DNA of 64,000 bases from the human T2T-CHM13v2.0 reference genome, Homo sapiens. A program made the translations under genes and the position numbers. Position 1 is the stretch's first letter. Every line of letters starts with the position of its first letter. Positions 13,366 through 26,744 of this stretch are shown here, piece by piece. Location: positions 21,600,001 to 21,664,000 of the forward strand of contig CP086569.2 of the NCBI GenBank assembly GCA_009914755.4. The letters run 5' to 3'. The notes under the pieces were generated by a model that was not told where the DNA came from, did not search any database, and worked only from the letters and a program-made list of their open reading frames with translations.

Positions 13366-15000
13366 TATCCTCAAGGTTTTAATAGAGCTGCACACAGTAT
13401 CCTTGGTTCCCAGCTGTCCTGCCCTGGACCTTGCCATCAGCATGGGACTTAGCCCTTTAAGTGGGTCTTACTGTGGCCAATGGCCCTAAACAAAGCTCCA
13501 GGTCAGTGGGGTTGAGTGGAGACCCATGAGCCAACTCTGGAGGCCACCCAGGAACTGGGACTTGGATTGGAGGCTGTAGGATCAACTCTCAGGAAAAAAT
13601 TTGTTCCTTTATATGGGTTTGGATACAGAGAGGCCAAGGTGACCGGCTCCACATTCTGGGCCGATGGGTTTTCCTTTCCACAGCTGCAGTGAGAGCCTCC
13701 CTTGCTAGCCTAGCACCCACACTGACACTCACACATACTGAAGTATGCTCACACTCTCTCAGCTCCCTCTTCCGTGGACCCCTCCAGCCTCCCTGGTCTC
13801 TCCGGGCAGTCTGCTCCTGGCACAAACATTCGTGCTCACAGGCACCTAAGCATGTTCTCATCTCCCTCTTCAGCAGGCCCCTTCTGCCCTCCCTGGGCTC
13901 TTCTGGCAGGCTGCTCCTGGGTCATATATCCACGTTCATAGACACCTAAGCCTGCTCACACTCTCAACCTCTTCTCCAACCGGTCTGCTCCACCCTTTCC
14001 AGATTCTCCCAGCAGCCTTCTGGAACAGACATCCATGCTCATAGACACATAAGCATGCTCACAGCCCCCTTTTCAATAGGCCTTGTCTGCCCTCCTGGCC
14101 ATCCCAGCAGTCTGCTCCTGGAAGACACATCCATTCTCATAGACACCTTTGCGGGCTCACACTCTGTCAGGCCCCTCTTCAGCCAGCCCCCTCCACCCTC
14201 CATGGGATTTCACAGCAGCCTGTTCCTTGGCCATCATGCTTCTTCCTCCATTTCCTGGGCCACCTATACCACAAAGAACACACAGGTGGCTTGTCACTGT
14301 CCTGTTCACACCCTTCAAAACTCAGTGTCCTTAGAAAGCAGAGTGACCATACAGTTTATCATCCAAACTGGAGCCCTCAGGAGTTTGAAAATATTTAGAA
14401 AATTAATTTTCCTTGTGAAATTAGTTAATTGGTAGGCCAGGACGATAGGCATCAGATAGTGGGAGTGTATGGGGCATATGGAACCCTATTGTCACTCCTT
14501 AGGAAGGATCTTGCCCCATTTCTCCTGTGCAGGCTGTTCCCCAGCTAAGCCTTTGCTGCAAGTGGTTCACTTATATGTGTCTGTTTCAGTGTGTCCTTTT
14601 CTGCCTTGGTCCCTGATGACTTTGAACTTTATCTTCCACGGTTTAGCCTCAGAGTGTCCAAGTGTCCGGACCTGTAGGTTCCAGTGCTCACCCTGCGCTT
14701 TTATATATCTGGTTGTTTGCAGTGGATCAGGAGCCCCTGGCCAGGATTTTGCCGGTGTTGTTTGTTTCTGCTGCTCAGCACTTGCCTTTCATTTCCTTTG
14801 CACGTGTGTATCTGTCTGTGTGCATTTTGGTCACCTGTCTTCCATCTAAGTCAGCCCTTACCCAGCTTGAACTCCACAAGAGCTGAGGCTTCACTTCTTG
14901 AGTTTATCCCTCCCTCCATTTCCACTCACCTTCAGGGACAAATGCCTTGTAAAGGGTGTAGGCGTGGGAAGGAATTGTTGGATTAAAAGTGCACAGAACT

Positions 15001-15308
15001 GGCTGGGCGCAGTGGCTCATGCCTGGAATCCCAGCACTTTGGAAGGCCGAGGCAGGTGGATCATCTGAGGTCAGGAGTTCAAGACAAGCCTTACTAACAT
15101 GGAGAAACCCTGTCTCTACTAAAAACACAAAATTAGCTGGGTGTGGTGGCCCATGCCTGTCATCCCAGCTACTCGGGAGGCTAAGGCAGGAGAATCGCCT
15201 GACCCTGGGAGATAAGAGGTTGTGGTGAGCAGAGATCATGCCATTGCATTCCAGAATGGGCAACAAGAGCAAAACTCAACCTCAAGAAAACAAAAACAAA
15301 AACAAATA
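15001..15308 (+). mobile_element. Full-length Alu (forward).
   Basis: 'ggctgggcgcagtggctcatgcctggaatcccagcactttggaaggccgaggcaggtggatcatctgaggtcaggagttcaagac...'. Confidence 0.9.
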
Positions 15309-15321
15309 AATGCATAGGAGA

Positions 15322-15765
15322 CCTGACATGGTGGCACATTCCTATAATCCCAGTACTTTGAGAGGCCAAGGCCAGAGGGTTGCTTGAGCCTGGGAATTCA
15401 AGACTCAAGACCAGCTTGGGAAACCCTATCTAGATAAAAATGCAAAAAAAAAAAAAAAAATTAGCTGGACGTGGTGGTGTCTGCATTTCATCCCAGACAT
15501 CTTAGAGGTAGGGATGGGAAGACAGCTTGAGCCCAGCAGCCTGGCAGTTCAAGACTACTTTCTGCAACCTATCTCTATCAAAAGAGAAAAAAAAATTAGC
15601 TGGGCCTGGTAGTGCCTGCCTTTAGTCCCAGCAATTTGGGAGGTTGAGGCAGGAGGATTGCTTGAGTTCAGGAGGTAAGGCTGCAGTGAGCTAGGATCAA
15701 GCCACTGAACACAAACCTGAGCAACAGCAAAACCCTCCCTCAAAAATAAAATAAAAATAAAGAAT
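15322..15765 (+). mobile_element. Cluster of three Alu-monomer/partial-Alu fragments in tandem (FLAM-like left monomer, then two right-arm-like pieces), each ending in A-runs.
   Basis: 'acctgacatggtggcacattcctataatcccagtactttgagaggccaagg...', '...ttagctggacgtggtggtgtctgcatttcatcccag...', '...ttagctgggcctggtagtgcctgcctttagtcccagcaatttgggaggttgaggcaggaggattgcttgag...'. Confidence 0.7.
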
Positions 15766-16120
15766 GCTTAGGAAAGTAATTTTCAAAGCCCAGTTTTTTA
15801 AATAACTGGTTTTATTTGCTGCGTTTTAAGATACATGAATTATTCACTTGCCTTCCTTCCTTGCAGGGATGTTTTCTTCTTAAAGAAATATGGATGAGAG
15901 TGGCTGGTGATGTGTGGGATATGGATGTGGTTTTATATAAACAAAAAAGGCAAAGTGAGAAAAAGAGGAAACTAGAAGGCTGGTTGGGCTGTGCTCTTCG
16001 ATTTCAGGCTGAAGCCAAAGGACTTCTGCAGCAATGGTGCTGCGCTGCTGTCCCCTGCTGGAAGGTGACCTCATCTACTCACAGGCCCTGATGTCTTTTT
16101 CAGATTCTGCTTTCTTTGAG

Positions 16121-16194
16121 AATGAGGTCAACATATCAAATGGGATCCTTCTGGAATGTTGCTGGCATCCTGCTCTGATGACATGACATTGAAG
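16121..16194 (+). pseudogene. TBL1Y: TBL1Y-like pseudo-exon G ([25 protein letters not shown]) with a 1-bp deletion in 'NAIK'. The 5' boundary is approximate.
   Basis: Translation '..[18 protein letters not shown]' is perfect after the indel. Donor aag|gtagcg at 16195. Confidence 0.75.
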
Positions 16195-16531
16195 GTAGCG
16201 TTGGCATCGCAAGGAGTGGGCTGTTTATCCCAGACAAACCCTGGCACTCGACGCCAATCTCATGGTCATTCTTCCATGAGGATTATCTGTTACTGACCAG
16301 GGTGAGCTTTATTTGTTACTGGCCAGGCTCCCTTCCTCTGTTATCCAATGAACTCCGATTTCTCAGTGGGGTCCCGGTGAGAATCCAAGCCTTCCTGCTG
16401 GCTTTCTCACCACTGCGTACAACCCCGCCGTGGGCCAGCAGCCTTACGTGTGCACCCCAGAGGAATTATGCCACATCATTCCCGGGTGCAGGAATGGCTT
16501 TTGCTCCTGTTGTGGCCGGTGTGTCCTGTAG

Positions 16532-16657
16532 ATCTGGAGTATGAAGCAGGACGCATGCATCCACGATCTTTAGGCTCACAGCCAAGAGATCTATACCATC
16601 AAGTGGAGCCCCACCGGGCCTCTGCCAGCAAGCCAAAACCTACATCACGTTGGCAAA
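16532..16657 (+). pseudogene. TBL1Y: TBL1Y-like pseudo-exon H ([37 protein letters not shown]..). In-frame CAG->TAG nonsense at 16571-16573 ('HDL*AHS'). 1-bp deletion in the 'PATSNPNSN' segment.
   Basis: Acceptor tcctgtag| at 16529-16531. Donor aaa|gtaagg at 16658. Translation [29 protein letters not shown]. Confidence 0.85.
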
Positions 16658-16824
16658 GTAAGGGCAGGCAGCACAATTGATAAAGCTCTGCCCTACATAA
16701 CGACGATGGGAAATTTTGCTAAATTGTGTCCATGCGCCTGTGTTCAAGCCCTTCAGAGGAAACAAAGTGGTAGCTCACTTTGAAGGGGCCAAAACCATCC
16801 TGCCTTTGAGATAACCATGGTTTT

Positions 16825-17106
16825 GGCCCAGGTGCGGTGGCTCACGCCTGCAATCCCAACACTGTGGGAGGCCGAGGTGGGTGGATCACCTGAGGTTAGG
16901 AGTTCGAGACCAGCCTGCCCAACATGGCGAAACCCTGTTTCTACTAAAAACATAAAAATTAACTGGGTGTGTTGGAGCATACGTGAATTCCCAGCTATTT
17001 GGAAGGCTGAGGTAAGAGAATCTCTTGAACCCAGGAGGCAGAGGGTGCAGTGCACACCATTGCACTCCATCCTGGGCAACAAGAGCAAAATTCTGTCTCA
17101 AAAAAC
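16825..17106 (+). mobile_element. Full-length Alu (forward).
   Basis: 'ggcccaggtgcggtggctcacgcctgcaatcccaacactgtgggaggccgaggtgggtggatcacctgaggttaggagttcgagaccagcctg...'. Confidence 0.9.
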
Positions 17107-17128
17107 AATAATTCCTGTTGCTTGAAGA

Positions 17129-17211
17129 ATGTGTGTGTGTGTGTTTGTGTATATATGTGTGTGTGTGTATATATATATATACATAGAGAGAGAGAGAGAG
17201 AGAGAGAGAGA
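17129..17211. repeat. Compound dinucleotide microsatellite (TG)n(TA)n(GA)n.
   Basis: 'tgtgtgtgtgtgtttgtgtatatatgtgtgtgtgtgtatatatatatacatagagagagagagagagagagagag'. Confidence 0.95.
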
Positions 17212-17217
17212 AGCGGG

Positions 17218-17331
17218 GGAAGGTGTCTCACCTTGTTGCCCAGGCTGGTTTCCAACTCCCGGCCTCAAAGGAGCCTCCCACCTCACCTTTCAAAGCACCA
17301 AGATTGCAGATGTGGTCCACCATGCCTGGCC
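17218..17331 (-). mobile_element. Alu left-monomer fragment (reverse).
   Basis: 'gtgtctcaccttgttgcccaggctggtttccaactcccggcctcaaa...caccaagattgcagatgtggtccaccatgcctggcc'. Confidence 0.7.
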
Positions 17332-17446
17332 TAAAAAAACTTTTTATATGTTTATTCTTAACTTAATTTGCCATTTTTCCAAATATGGTTCTCTGCATTA
17401 ATTTAGTAATAATAGCTATTGTGTTTAAAATTGTAGGACCATTTTT

Positions 17447-17766
<320 letters not shown>

Positions 17767-18048
17767 TCAAAAATATTAACCATTCATATGTATAGAAAGT
17801 GCACAAAAATTAATGTGTATATATCAATTTGTTTCCCTAGTAAAAACATCAAAACTTTTGTATGTTTGTTTAATGACTATGGCTTTGTTTTTAATACATT
17901 TTAGAAGAGACAAAGCTCCTCAGATTATTATCTTTTGAAACATAAACGTTGGGAAAGACAACTCCTGGAGATCCAACGACACACGTTATGGAGAACTTTT
18001 TAAAACTGCCATATGTATGTGATTTTGCTTTTCCTCCCACCTTACTAG

Positions 18049-18201
18049 TGCTTCATTCAATTTTGCATTGAAACTGTGGGATGTGGAGCCAGGCATCTGA
18101 ACCCACATGCTCAAGAAACATGATTCACCTCTGCAAAGGAGGGAATCAGATATGCATTTATCTCAGTGAGCAGAGAGGTGACTGAATAGAATGAGAGGCA
18201 G
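18049..18201 (+). pseudogene. TBL1Y: TBL1Y-like pseudo-exon I ([28 protein letters not shown]...). In-frame TGC->TGA nonsense at 18098-18100. The 3' half is badly decayed and the 3' boundary is uncertain.
   Basis: Acceptor cttactag| at 18046-18048. Translation 'ASFNFALKLWDVEPGI*THMLKKH'. Confidence 0.6.
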
Positions 18202-18283
18202 GTTTGCCCTAAGAAGTTCCCAGCTTGACTCTTCTCTTTAGTTTAGTGAGTTGGGGGCCCCAAGATTTATCTTCCTTTCACAG

Positions 18284-18400
18284 ATCCAAGTGTGCTTGTG
18301 GCCATCACCATGACCTGGAGTTTTGCAGTGGCCAAATCCCAAATGCAGGTCTTGAATTGGCAAATGAAGACTCAGTGTTAAGCGAGTTATTGTCACATTT
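18284..18400 (+). pseudogene. TBL1Y: Possible decayed terminal TBL1 exon remnant (C-terminal WD repeat). Very weak similarity.
   Basis: Positional expectation plus a faint match ('SKC..', 'gcaaatgaagactcagtgt' ~ 'gcatctgatggctctgtgt'). Confidence 0.2.
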
Positions 18401-21400
18401 AGGGAAAATATGTATCCCATCTCCTAGTGTTGTCTGGAATTCATCCTGCTCATTTTCATTTTTCTCTTTACTTCTTGCCAAGTAGAGCAAGTGTGTTCCC
18501 AGGAGGTGAATTTGGGCACCCTGAGTGGTAGTGCAGAACCCTGGAATGCTCCAGGAAGAACTGCGTGGGAACTGGGCAGATATCAAACCATGTGGCAGAG
18601 TTCCCTGGGATAAATGCAGGCATGGCAGGCAGCTTTGGTGGCTCCCTGAAGAATGCCAGTGGCAAATGACTAGCTTTAAAGAGGTTTCTTTTTGCTGTAC
18701 AGCAGGGGTCCCCAACCTCTGGGGAACCAGCTGCACAGCAGGAGGTGCATAGGAAGCAATGCATCTTTACCACCTGAGCTCTGCTGCCTGTCACATCAGT
18801 GGTGGGGTTAAATTCTCATGGGACCAGGAACTCTATTGTGAACTGTGCATGTGAGGAATCTAGGGGGCGTGCTCCTTAGGAAAATCTAACTCTTGCAAAA
18901 TTGCCCTTGTTTGATGAGATGAATGCGCAGGAATTTTGTCATGGTAGAAAAGGACCCTCTGGTCAAATTTTTTTCTGGGCATTTTTTGTGCTAAAGGTTT
19001 GACTTTCTCAAAACCGCTTTCCTAATACAGATGCTTTCATTCTTTGGCCCTCCTGCAAGAAAAAATGCCTTGAGCATTAAAAAACAAAGAAACAAAAACT
19101 GTTGTCATGACCTACTGCCCAGTCTGCTTTTGCTTTGCTTTCACTAGACCCCTTGGTAGACATTGCTTTGATTGTGCTTTGCCTTCAGGATTGTTACAGT
19201 AGGTAGTCAGACATGAGTATGGCAGGAAAAGGTCTCCCTCCCCAGGAATGCGACGTGACCATCAAGTGATTGTCAGATGGTTGGTAAACTGACCCTCCTT
19301 TAGGAACACTTGACTGGTAAGGGAGGAGACTGCCTCAAATGAGCATAGATACAACTCCAAGAAACACATTGCAGATATGGCCCCTCCCAAAGCTAACAGG
19401 CCACTGTGCAAGCAGACAGTGTGCCCCAAGAGAAGAATCATGGAAGAAGGGATGCAAGACCACAGAAACCATGCCAACATATAAGACCCCAGGTCAAGGG
19501 CTAAACAGTGCACTTCTTCTCTTAAGTTGCCTGCTTGGTGCTCTTCCAAGTGTACTTTACTGTGTTTCATTCCTGGTTCTAAAGACTTTTAATAAACTTT
19601 CCCTCTTGCTCTGAACCATGCCTCAGACTGTCACTCTGCCTTATGCCTCTCAGCGGAAATCTTTCCTCTGAGGAGGCACAAAGTGAGGTTCCTTCAGAAC
19701 TGTGTGGATTTACAACACTGCTAACATGAGGAGGTTTGGGGGTTCACTCCAGGACACACTTCCTCGAGGAGGAAGTAGGCACTCAACTCTTTACCAGCCC
19801 CAGCCCAGAAGTCTTTTCCAAGGATGCTGTCAAGGGCTTCATTCCTGTTATCCTTTTCTAACCATTGCCCTTAACTGATTTCCTGTGCTGCACTCCCCGT
19901 TTTCTTTCTTGAGAAAAGACGATAGCCAAGTGCATTATGGGACTGGAGCCTCTTCAGTCTGCACTCAGTCCCTTCCCTCTCCTCTTTCCTCTCCCGTTCC
20001 TCACACACCTCCGTAGACCTCCAAGGGCACTTCTGCAGCCAACCCAGGAGGATCCCAGTACAGAAGTGAAAAGTCACCTAGTCCTAGTGCTGAGCTAACA
20101 AATGAAGGCACAGAACTTGAGCCAGCAGAGCCTTGCACATTTTCATTTATTGAACCTGCTCACTTTCTGCAGCTGTATTCTGCTGATATCTCTGAAGGAT
20201 GACAAATAAAGTCAACTGTCCTGAATAATTCCAGGAGATAACATGTGTCACTGTCTAAGACTAAGGCATGGGGCCACTCCCAGTAGCCATGATCCCAGAG
20301 AACTTCCCTACTATTTACCTGTAGTCACTGTCTTTGGAACAGGATGGGGTTGGCCATGAGGACCAGCAGCAGGGGGCGGTATATGGTGCATAGTGGGGGA
20401 TGGCATGGTTAGGCCCGGCTCACACCTGAGAGAGGAAAGTCAAGTCATTCTTCTCAGAAACAAAGCTTTGGCCACTTATCTGGAAGCCAAGATAAGAGGA
20501 TAAGAACAACAAAGGAAATGCATAAACCTGCTTCTGACTGCCCAAAGGAAATATGAGTCATTTCTCATGTCTGGAACAAGCAGTTAATTGTAGGTAAGTA
20601 AGGGAGATCAACCATGTTTCTGTCTCAGAAATGGGAGGTCCTCTAAGGTGTTCCACTGGAGGGAGTTTTTGAAGGTCCCTGCTGGGAAAAGGTCTGAAAA
20701 GAAATGACACTCTGGGATGGTGGATTCCCTGCACTGGGTCTTAATGAAAAAACACAATTTAAGTAAAGACAAAGGCACTCCATTAAGTAGTTAGGTTTTG
20801 AGTGCTCACAACATGGCTTTGGGCAATAACATGAATAAGATACAGTTCCTGGGCTTGATCAACTCAAAATGTACCAGCTACATATTTCAGATAAAATGTG
20901 TTCTCATTGTTATAGATAACAATAGTTTCAGAAGCTCTTGTCAGGGAAAAGGAAAATGATTTCTACTGATGGGTCATAGGAGTCACTGGTCACCATAGAA
21001 TGTCCCGAGGGCCTCACAAACATATGTTACCAAGGTTAACGACTATTAGCTGGGAAATGCTTCATGTAGGAGAGAAGCAAAATGTCACAGAGGAAGAGAG
21101 AACTGAAGGGAAAGGGGTAGGAGGAGTGCTCCAGCTCAACCAAGAGGGACGCAGAAAAGCAACTGACCAAACAGCCACATGGCCACAGAAGGAGAGATGA
21201 CAAAAATAGATGAAAGCACTGTTAATATTCACAGAGTGGTCAAACCAGAAGAGTGAAGGTGGCAGAAAGTGTAAAAAAGAAAAAAAAAAAGCAGGTATGA
21301 AAAATGCAATACCCATCTCCTCTTGCCATATAGGAAGGATTACTACACCACCTCTCATCGCTGCCACCTTCTTTTAACAGGTGGTTTTATCCTCAGCTGT

Positions 21401-23559
21401 AGAGGCTAAAATTCAGCCTAAAAAGCCTTGAGAGGAGAAAGGGAAACAAAAAAGGAAGAGAAGTGACTCCGATGCAAAGACAGAAAGAAAATGACACATA
21501 GGAGAGTGAGGTTGTGTGTGTGAAGAATGCTGAAGGCCCTGGGTCATGCAATGTGAGGATGAAGAGATCATCACAGATAAGTTACTTAAAAGGTGCCACT
21601 CCCAAAGACCCTGGGAGCATCTCAGGGTTCCCTGTGAGCCCTGCAGTAATGGCACTCTCAGGCTCAGAAGCAACTTTGCCAGGAATCTCTAGGGTCCCAC
21701 AGGCAAGGGAGTGCAACAGATACTCCCTTTCCAACTAGGTACATTCTGTTATAATAGCTGTTGATACTGCATCTGTCCTCTTAAAGTTCCCTAGGAAAAC
21801 AGACCATACAGATGGATCTACCACTGAGCTCCCTGCTTGTATTTACGGTTGACATGACAATACCCATTTGGAGACATTTAATTGAGTTGCTGCAAGAAGC
21901 CAGAAAAGAGAGAGAGAGAAATAATCTACACCATGGGTCAGCATACTTTTTCTGTAAAGGAACATACAGTAAATATTTTTAGCATCATAGGTCAAACTGT
22001 GTTCTCTGTTGTGACTACCACTCAACTCTAACTTAGCGCAAAAGCAGCCACAGGCAGTACATAAAGAAATGGGTGTGGCTGTAATCCAGTAGAACTTTAT
22101 TTACAAAAACAGATGTGGCCCAGGTTTGTCCTGAGGGCTGCCATGTGCTGATTCCTGTCATAAAATCACAGATAAAGACACTTGTTCATTGCTGTTTTCC
22201 ACTTTTCCACTGGAAGTTAGAGTATATATCCTTGGAAGGACCTTGGCTTTACAACTGAGGGTTGCACAGACAGGAATGTAAACTTGAGGAAATGCCTTAG
22301 ACAGTTACAGTGGTTACATCTACCTGTGTCTGTTGTTTGGCAGTTTCAGCGGCCACATCCCCCTCTCTGTGCACAATGGAAGAGAAGCTAGAAACCACAG
22401 GAAGAAGAGCTGTAGAATGAGCTTTTCACAGGGCTTCCCTTGGCTTCTTCCACATTATCCTACACTCATTCCATGAATGCTAAACTCACCTGATCATTCA
22501 GAGGAAGCGTGAAGAACAAAAATTTAAAAGTTCACAAATATGGATGCTGGGAATACACGAAAAATTCTGCATGCAGACTTACATGAAGGGAGATATGCTG
22601 AAAGCTTCATATGCATGCTTGTGTGCACAGGCACCTATGCACGCAAATAAGAAAAGCAGAAGCAGAGAGAATGATTCCAGGGTCCAAGCTACTGGAGTCA
22701 TCCCTCCATGTCTGGGCTGTGAGTGTGGCCCTGAGACAATGGCCTGACCTTCAAGGAGCCCACTCTGTGGGTCAGGGTTCTGCATTCTCTGCAAGAGGTC
22801 CCCTGCAATGAGGGGCCAGGCATGGAGCCACCTAGGGTACTGGAGTCCTGGATTCCCTGGACATGAAAGGGTAGTAGAGCATGGTGGCTCCCTGCACCCT
22901 AGGTCAGGGTGTTCAGGCCCCATGCCATGATATGGTGCAGCAGGATGGTACTGGGGGGAAGCACAACAATGACCACAGCACAACAGGGCAGAGAGCCCAG
23001 CCTGGAACAGCAAGGTGAGCTCCTGCACTCTGGATAGGTCAGGAAAATGTACCCAAAGTAAAGCCTGTCAGCAAAGAGCTTCCTCATGCTGCTGAGGTTG
23101 GTTGGTTGTTTTCCATTGAGGTGGAAATCACATCACAGAAAATTAACTATTTTAAGGTGAATAATTTAGTGCAATTAGTACATTCACAATACTGTGCAGC
23201 CATCATCATTGAAAACACCAAAATGGTTGTTTTGGTTTCTGTGTTTTTGTAGAGATGGGATGTCACCAAGTTGCCCAGGCTGGTCTCAAACTCCTGGCCT
23301 CAAGTGATCCTCCTGCCTTGGCCTCCAAAGTGTTGGGATTACAGGCATGAGTCACCATGCCTGGACAACCAAATGTTTTCATCATCCCCCAAAGAGATAC
23401 CATATCAACTAAGCGGTCACTCTCTTTTCCCTCACCTGCTTTTATGTATCTGTGGGTTTGCCTGTTCTGGACATTTCATGTAAATGGTAGCATACACTGT
23501 GTGGCCTTTTGCATCTGGCATCCTTCACTCACCATAACAAGTAAACCCATGTTGTAGCA

Positions 23560-24240
23560 TGGATCGGTACATTATTCCTTTTTGTGACTAAATATCATTC
23601 CATTGTATAGTTAGACCCCACTCATCCTTCAGTGGACATTTAATTTGTTTAACCCTTTTGCCTACTGTAAGTAGTGCTGCTATGAATATGTCTCATGTAC
23701 AAGGATTAGTTTAAGGCCAGGCACAGTGGTTTATGCCTGTAATACCAGCACTTTGGGAGGTCAGGTTGGAAGGATCACTTCAGTCCAGGAGTTCGTGACA
23801 AGCCTGATTAACAAAGCCAGACCCTATCTCTGCAAAAACTTAAAAAATTAGCCCAGCATGGTGGTGTGTGCCTGTTGTCCCAGCTACTCAGGAGACTGAG
23901 ACTGGAGATTGCTTGAACCTGGGAGGTCGAGGCTGCAGTGAGCTATGATTGCACTGCTGCGCTCCAGCCTGGGTGACAGACTGAGGACCTTTCTCAAAAC
24001 AAAAATATATCTGAGTTTCTGTTTTCAGTTCTTTGGGTGTATACGTAGGAGTGGAATTCCTGGGTTAGATGATATTTCTATGTACAGGATTTTGAGGAAC
24101 CACTGAACTGCTTTCCACAGCAGCTGTACCATTTTACATTCCTACCAGCAATGCGCAAGGGTTCTAACTTCTCCATATCTATGCTAAGCCTATTTTACAA
24201 TTTTGATTGTAGCTATCCTAGTGACAGTGACTGAAGTTTT
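23560..24240 (-). mobile_element. Old L1 fragment (ORF2 3' region, reverse orientation), interrupted by the Alu at 23715-24007.
   Basis: 'gtagtgctgctatgaatat...', 'gtatacgtaggagtggaattcctgggttagatgatatttctatg...ccactgaactgctttccacagcagctgtaccattttacattcctaccagcaatg' matches the reverse complement of L1 ('..cccagtaatgggatggctgggtcaaatggtatttctagttc..ccacactgtcttccacaatggttgaactaatttacactcccaccaacag'). Confidence 0.75.
23715..24007 (+). mobile_element. Full-length Alu (forward) inserted into the L1 fragment.
   Basis: 'ggccaggcacagtggtttatgcctgtaataccagcactttgggaggtcagg...'. Confidence 0.9.
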
Positions 24241-24339
24241 TGAGACTTGATCTAAACGGGACCCATCGTGATAAAACCACGGAATAGGAATTTCTGCTGA
24301 AAGCATACACTCTGATGGCATTTTTCTGTTCTCATTGGC

Positions 24340-24705
24340 TATGGTTTTAATGTTTGTGTCCTCCAAAAATTCATGTTGAAATCCTAACCCTCAAGGGGAT
24401 GGTATTAAGAGGTGGGGGCTTGGGAGGTGATGAGGTCATGAGAGTGGAGCCTCATGAAAGTGATAAGTGACCTTATAAAAGGGACCCCAGGGAGCTCTCT
24501 CACCCCTTCCACCATGTGAGGAAACTGTAAAAACTCTCCGTCTATGAACCAGGAAGTGTGTTGTCACTGAATCTCCCATGCCTTGATCTTGAACTCCCAG
24601 CCTGCAGAACTGTGAGCAATGCATTTCTGTTGTGTATGAGCCACCGCTAGTCTGTGATGTTTGTTACAGCAGTCTGGACAGACTAAGACACCACCTTACA
24701 AGTAT
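24340..24705 (+). mobile_element. MaLR-type (MST/THE-like) LTR, forward orientation.
   Basis: 'tgttgaaatcctaaccctcaaggggatggtattaagaggtggg...ccttccaccatgtgaggaaactg...tgaactcccagcctgcagaactgtgagcaatgcatttctgttgtgtatgagccaccgctagtctgtgatgtttgttacagcag' is the characteristic MaLR LTR 3' end. Confidence 0.6.
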
Positions 24706-26394
24706 GGTACTTGCCAGGTGCTCCTCCCAGCCCTTCAAACCCGCCCAGCCTCCCCACTTATTCCTCCTATAGCCTCATCCCAGGAAGATGCTCTGAGGCT
24801 CAAGAAGTCTGAACCCTGAATCCAAACATCTGGCACATTGGTACCTGCACTGCCTTGGCCAGATACTTTTCTCAGAGTTGTGGTTTGCTTTTCTCAGTGG
24901 GGTGAACAAGGAAATCCTTTTCAGCCTGCCTGTGCCATTACGCTAAGGGCTGGGTAGACGTCAGGACCGGCTGCTTTCTGCTTCTATGCTGCTCTTCAGG
25001 GCAGGCTGGCCATCCGTGCCTGCCTCCACTTTCCCACAATGCTGGGCCTACCCTTCACACCTGGCTGTCTTCAATTTGAGGACAATCAGAAGTCCCCAGC
25101 AGTGGGATTTACCAGCATCCTATGCTCAGGGAGGGTGGAGACATGTGCTGGACCATCAGCACCATCACTCTGGGAATTGCCTTTGGGTGTACATTTTGTA
25201 CAGGGGAAGAGGGGCCAGTGATAGGAGGGCCTTCCTACAACCTTAACTTACAGGATGGCCGTCAGCTTGTGCAAAAGTAACGTCCAGTTGAAAGGAATGA
25301 AGTACTGATGTATGCTGCTACATTGGTAAACCTCAGAAACAGAATGCTGAGTGAAAAGCCAGATACAAAAGGTGCACATATTGTATGATTACACTGACAT
25401 CGGGGTGGCTGCTAATAGGTACAGGGTTTCTTTTTGGGATAGCGGAAATGTTTTGGAACTATCAGTATTGGAGCTAACTGATGTATAACTCTGCAGATGG
25501 CACTAAAAGCCACTGAAATGCACACTTTTGAAGGTGACTGTTACAGTATTTAAGTTATATCTCAATTAAAGAATAATAGAGTTGTAGCCGCACAGTATGT
25601 CTCACTCAGTGTACATTGGCTGAATGTTTACCGAGCAAAGATCATGCCTGTTCTAGGCACTGGGGACGTGAAGATCCCTGCCCACATGGGGGTGACCACC
25701 TCGAGAGGGCAACATACAAGAAGCAGTGTAACGTCCCTGCCTGTGCCCCTTCTGGGGGCTAGTCCCACAGGCCCTGTTTGGATGAAGAAGATTTTACATG
25801 AAATCAAGCTTGGAGCTGTGATTAATTTAAGGCAAGTGTCCGCAACCCCCAGTTGCAACCATACTGGTTCATGGCCTGTTAGAAACTGGGCTACATAGCA
25901 GGAGGTAAGCAGTAGGCTAGCAAGTGAAGCTTCAACTGTATTTACAGCCACTCCCCGTCACTCGCACTACCACCTGGGCTCCACCTGCTGTCAGATTAGC
26001 AGTGGCATTAGATTCTCATAGCATTGCGAACCCTATTTGTGAACTGCACTTATGAGGAATCTGAGTTTTGGGCTCCTAATGAAAATCTAATGCCTGGTGA
26101 TCTGTCACTGTCTCCTATCACTCCCAAATAGGACTGTTTAGTTACAGGAAAACAAGCTTGGGGCTCCCACTGATTCTACATGATGGTGAGGTGTAAAATT
26201 ATTTCATTATATATTACAATGTAATAACAGCAGAAATAAAGTACACAATAAAGGTAATGCACATGAATCAATCCAAAACCATTCCCAGCACCAATCCATG
26301 GGGGAAAAAAATTGTCTTCCATGAAAGTGGTCTCTGCTGTCAAAAAGGTTGGAGGCTGCTGATCTAAGAGACAAGACTATGGGGCTGTTTTTTC

Positions 26395-26692
26395 TCTTTA
26401 TAATAGACAGGGTTACTCTCTGCCATTCATACTGGGGTACAGTGGCATTATAAGTCCTCACAGTAACTTCAAACTCCTGAGCTCAAGTGACACATCTCCC
26501 TCAGTTTCCCAAATAGCTAGGGCAACAGCGCACACCACCATGCTCCACTAATTTTTTTTAATTTTATTTTTAGTAGAGATGGGGTCCTGCTATGTTGCCC
26601 AGGCTTATTTCATACTCCTGCGCTTAAACCATCCTCTTGCCTCAGCCTCCTAAAGTGCTAGGATTACAGGTGTGAGCCACCACACATCACAG
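26395..26692 (-). mobile_element. Old Alu (reverse).
   Basis: '..ctctgccattcatactggggtacagtggcatt...ctcctaaagtgctaggattacaggtgtgagccaccacac'. Confidence 0.8.
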
Positions 26693-26744
26693 CTGGATAA
26701 AACTACGTATATAAGTTAAAGTGGACAAACACTTGTGATAGCCC

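Noticed and set aside
22579-23028. 149-aa minus-strand ORF in a GC-rich block with an overlapping plus-strand ORF.
   Set aside because: There are no recognisable domains, the sequence is proline- and glycine-rich and low-complexity, and it is internally repetitive. It is probably old repeat or LTR-internal sequence.
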